DNA of 63,141 bases, the filler included, from Pirum gemmata (Eukaryota), in NCBI GenBank assembly GCA_002812295.1. It is 28 parts of 28 records of this genome, joined end to end, with 100 filler letters (N's around TTAATTAATTAA, not from the genome) between each part and the next. Parts side by side here need not be neighbours in the genome. Positions count along the whole stretch, not along the records: positions 61,063 to 63,141 come from PDIN01008389.1; 27 more parts are not named here. One strand, written 5' to 3'. The position numbers were made by a program, and so were the translations under genes. How positions within the stretch are numbered: position 1 is the stretch's first letter; each line of letters opens with the position of its first letter. Shown one piece after another: positions 61,765-63,141 of this stretch. The notes beneath the pieces are model-generated. The model saw only the letters and a list, made by a program, of their open reading frames with translations, was not told the DNA's origin and did no database searches.

Positions 61765-63019
61765 GATAACGATAATGATAATGATAATGATAATGATATT
61801 GATAATGATATTGATAATGATAATGATAATGATAATGATAATGATAATGATAATGATAATGCTAATNNNNNNNNNNNNNNNNNNNNNNNNNNNNNNNNNN
61901 NNNNNNNNNNNNNNNNNNNNNNNNNNNNNNNNNNNNNNNNNNNNNNNNNNNNNNNNNNNNNNNNNNNNNNNNNNNNNNNNNNNNNTGATAATGATAATGA
62001 TAATGATAATGATAATGATAATGATAATGATAATGATAATGATAATGATAATGAAAATGAAAATGAAAATGATAATGATAATAATAATGATAATTATAAA
62101 GGTAATGTAATGATAATGATAATGATAATGATAATGATAATGATATCGATATCGATAATGATATCGATAATGACAATGAAAATGATAATACTAATGATAA
62201 TGATAATGATATTAATAATGATTAATGATAATGATAATGATAATGATGATGATAGTGATAATGTTTATGATTATGATAATGATAATGATAATGATAATGA
62301 TAATGATAATGATAATGATGATAATAATAATAATGAATATCATGACGATAATTATCATCATTATCTTTATCATTATGTTATTATAGTTATCATTATCATT
62401 ATATAGTTATCATTATCATTATTATATCATTATCATTAATATTAATTATTATTCATTCATCATTATCATTATCATTAGCATTATCATTTTCATTATAACT
62501 ATCGATATCGATATCATTATCGATATCATTATCATTATCTTTATCATTATCATTATCTTTATCATTATCATTATATTATCATCATTATCTTTATCATTAT
62601 CATTATATTATCATTATCATTATCATTATCATTGTCATTATCATTAATCATTAATCATTATGATGAACTATTGACCATTATCATTATTATTATTATTATC
62701 ATGATCATAATCATGATCATTATTATTATCATAAACATTTAAAAAATAAACCTTCTTGTTTAATACTATTAACATTTGAAGAATGTGTACGATGATAGGC
62801 TATGGCCAAGTTATGCTTGATATTTTCATTGCGCCACTTGTCTATTTTGTTTTCGAATTTCTCTAATACTTTTGTGTCATTACAATTGTAAAACGAGTTT
62901 ATTAAACCTTTTCTAATCAAATAGGACTGAATTGACGAACTAAACGTGTATTCCGAATTATAACACTTATAATTAAGAGAATGCTTTCTATCAACTTCGA
63001 ATTCTTTTTCTCCGAACAT
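61272..63019 (-). CDS. PARP-type (H-Y-E) ADP-ribosyltransferase catalytic domain protein, exons 63019-62752 and 61654-61272 (216 aa if this ATG is the start)
   Basis: ..LEKFE...AYHRTHSSNVNSIKQEG/LL...GGTFGEGLYVSSNP...LVVCIILKGR...FDTVIG...EEIVLQNSDQVLPVCFM: all PARP catalytic-core motifs in order. Phase-1 GT-AG intron filled with (ATCATT)n. Confidence 0.85.
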
Positions 63020-63141
63020 TGTTTATTATTATTATTGTTATTATTATTTTAAATTTATTTTAATAATATGTAATAAATAATGTTAAAAGGATATCAATGA
63101 TAATGATAATGGTAATAATGATAATAATGATAATAATGATA

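Overview
This window is not contiguous DNA. It is a pseudo-scaffold of 28 short contigs (mostly about 2.1 kb) joined by an artificial 100-bp spacer (44 N + TTAATTAATTAA + 44 N, stop codons in all six frames), so gene neighbourhood across spacers means nothing. The source is an AT-rich, intron-rich eukaryote using the standard code and GT-AG introns, with introns full of microsatellites and telomere-like (CCCTAA)n repeats. Gene content (NUP210-like, a Tyr-motif LRR receptor, TMEM144-like) would fit a unicellular holozoan such as an ichthyosporean, but that is inference. Most ORFs in the supplied track are microsatellite artefacts. Real genes appear only after splicing exons by hand: HGH1, a START-domain protein, a 'CKTxxKPYD' family protein, TMEM144-like, a bacterial-type ParBc_2 ParB-like nuclease with introns, an ARM/HEAT-like protein, an F-box protein, an LRR-TM receptor, a cyclooxygenase-like heme peroxidase that appears spliced in frame to a TLC-domain membrane protein, NUP210, TFIIH p34 (GTF2H3/TFB4) and a compact PARP-like ADP-ribosyltransferase. 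There are also tRNA-Ala(TGC), tRNA-Lys(TTT), several MITE families and recurrent short tandem duplications of exon ends and terminal exons. The best novelty candidates are the predicted COX-like peroxidase::TLC fusion, the intron-bearing ParBc_2 gene, the repeated ~240-bp duplication of splice sites and terminal exons, and telomere-type repeats sitting at branch-point position. All family calls come from motif recognition by eye; no database search was run.
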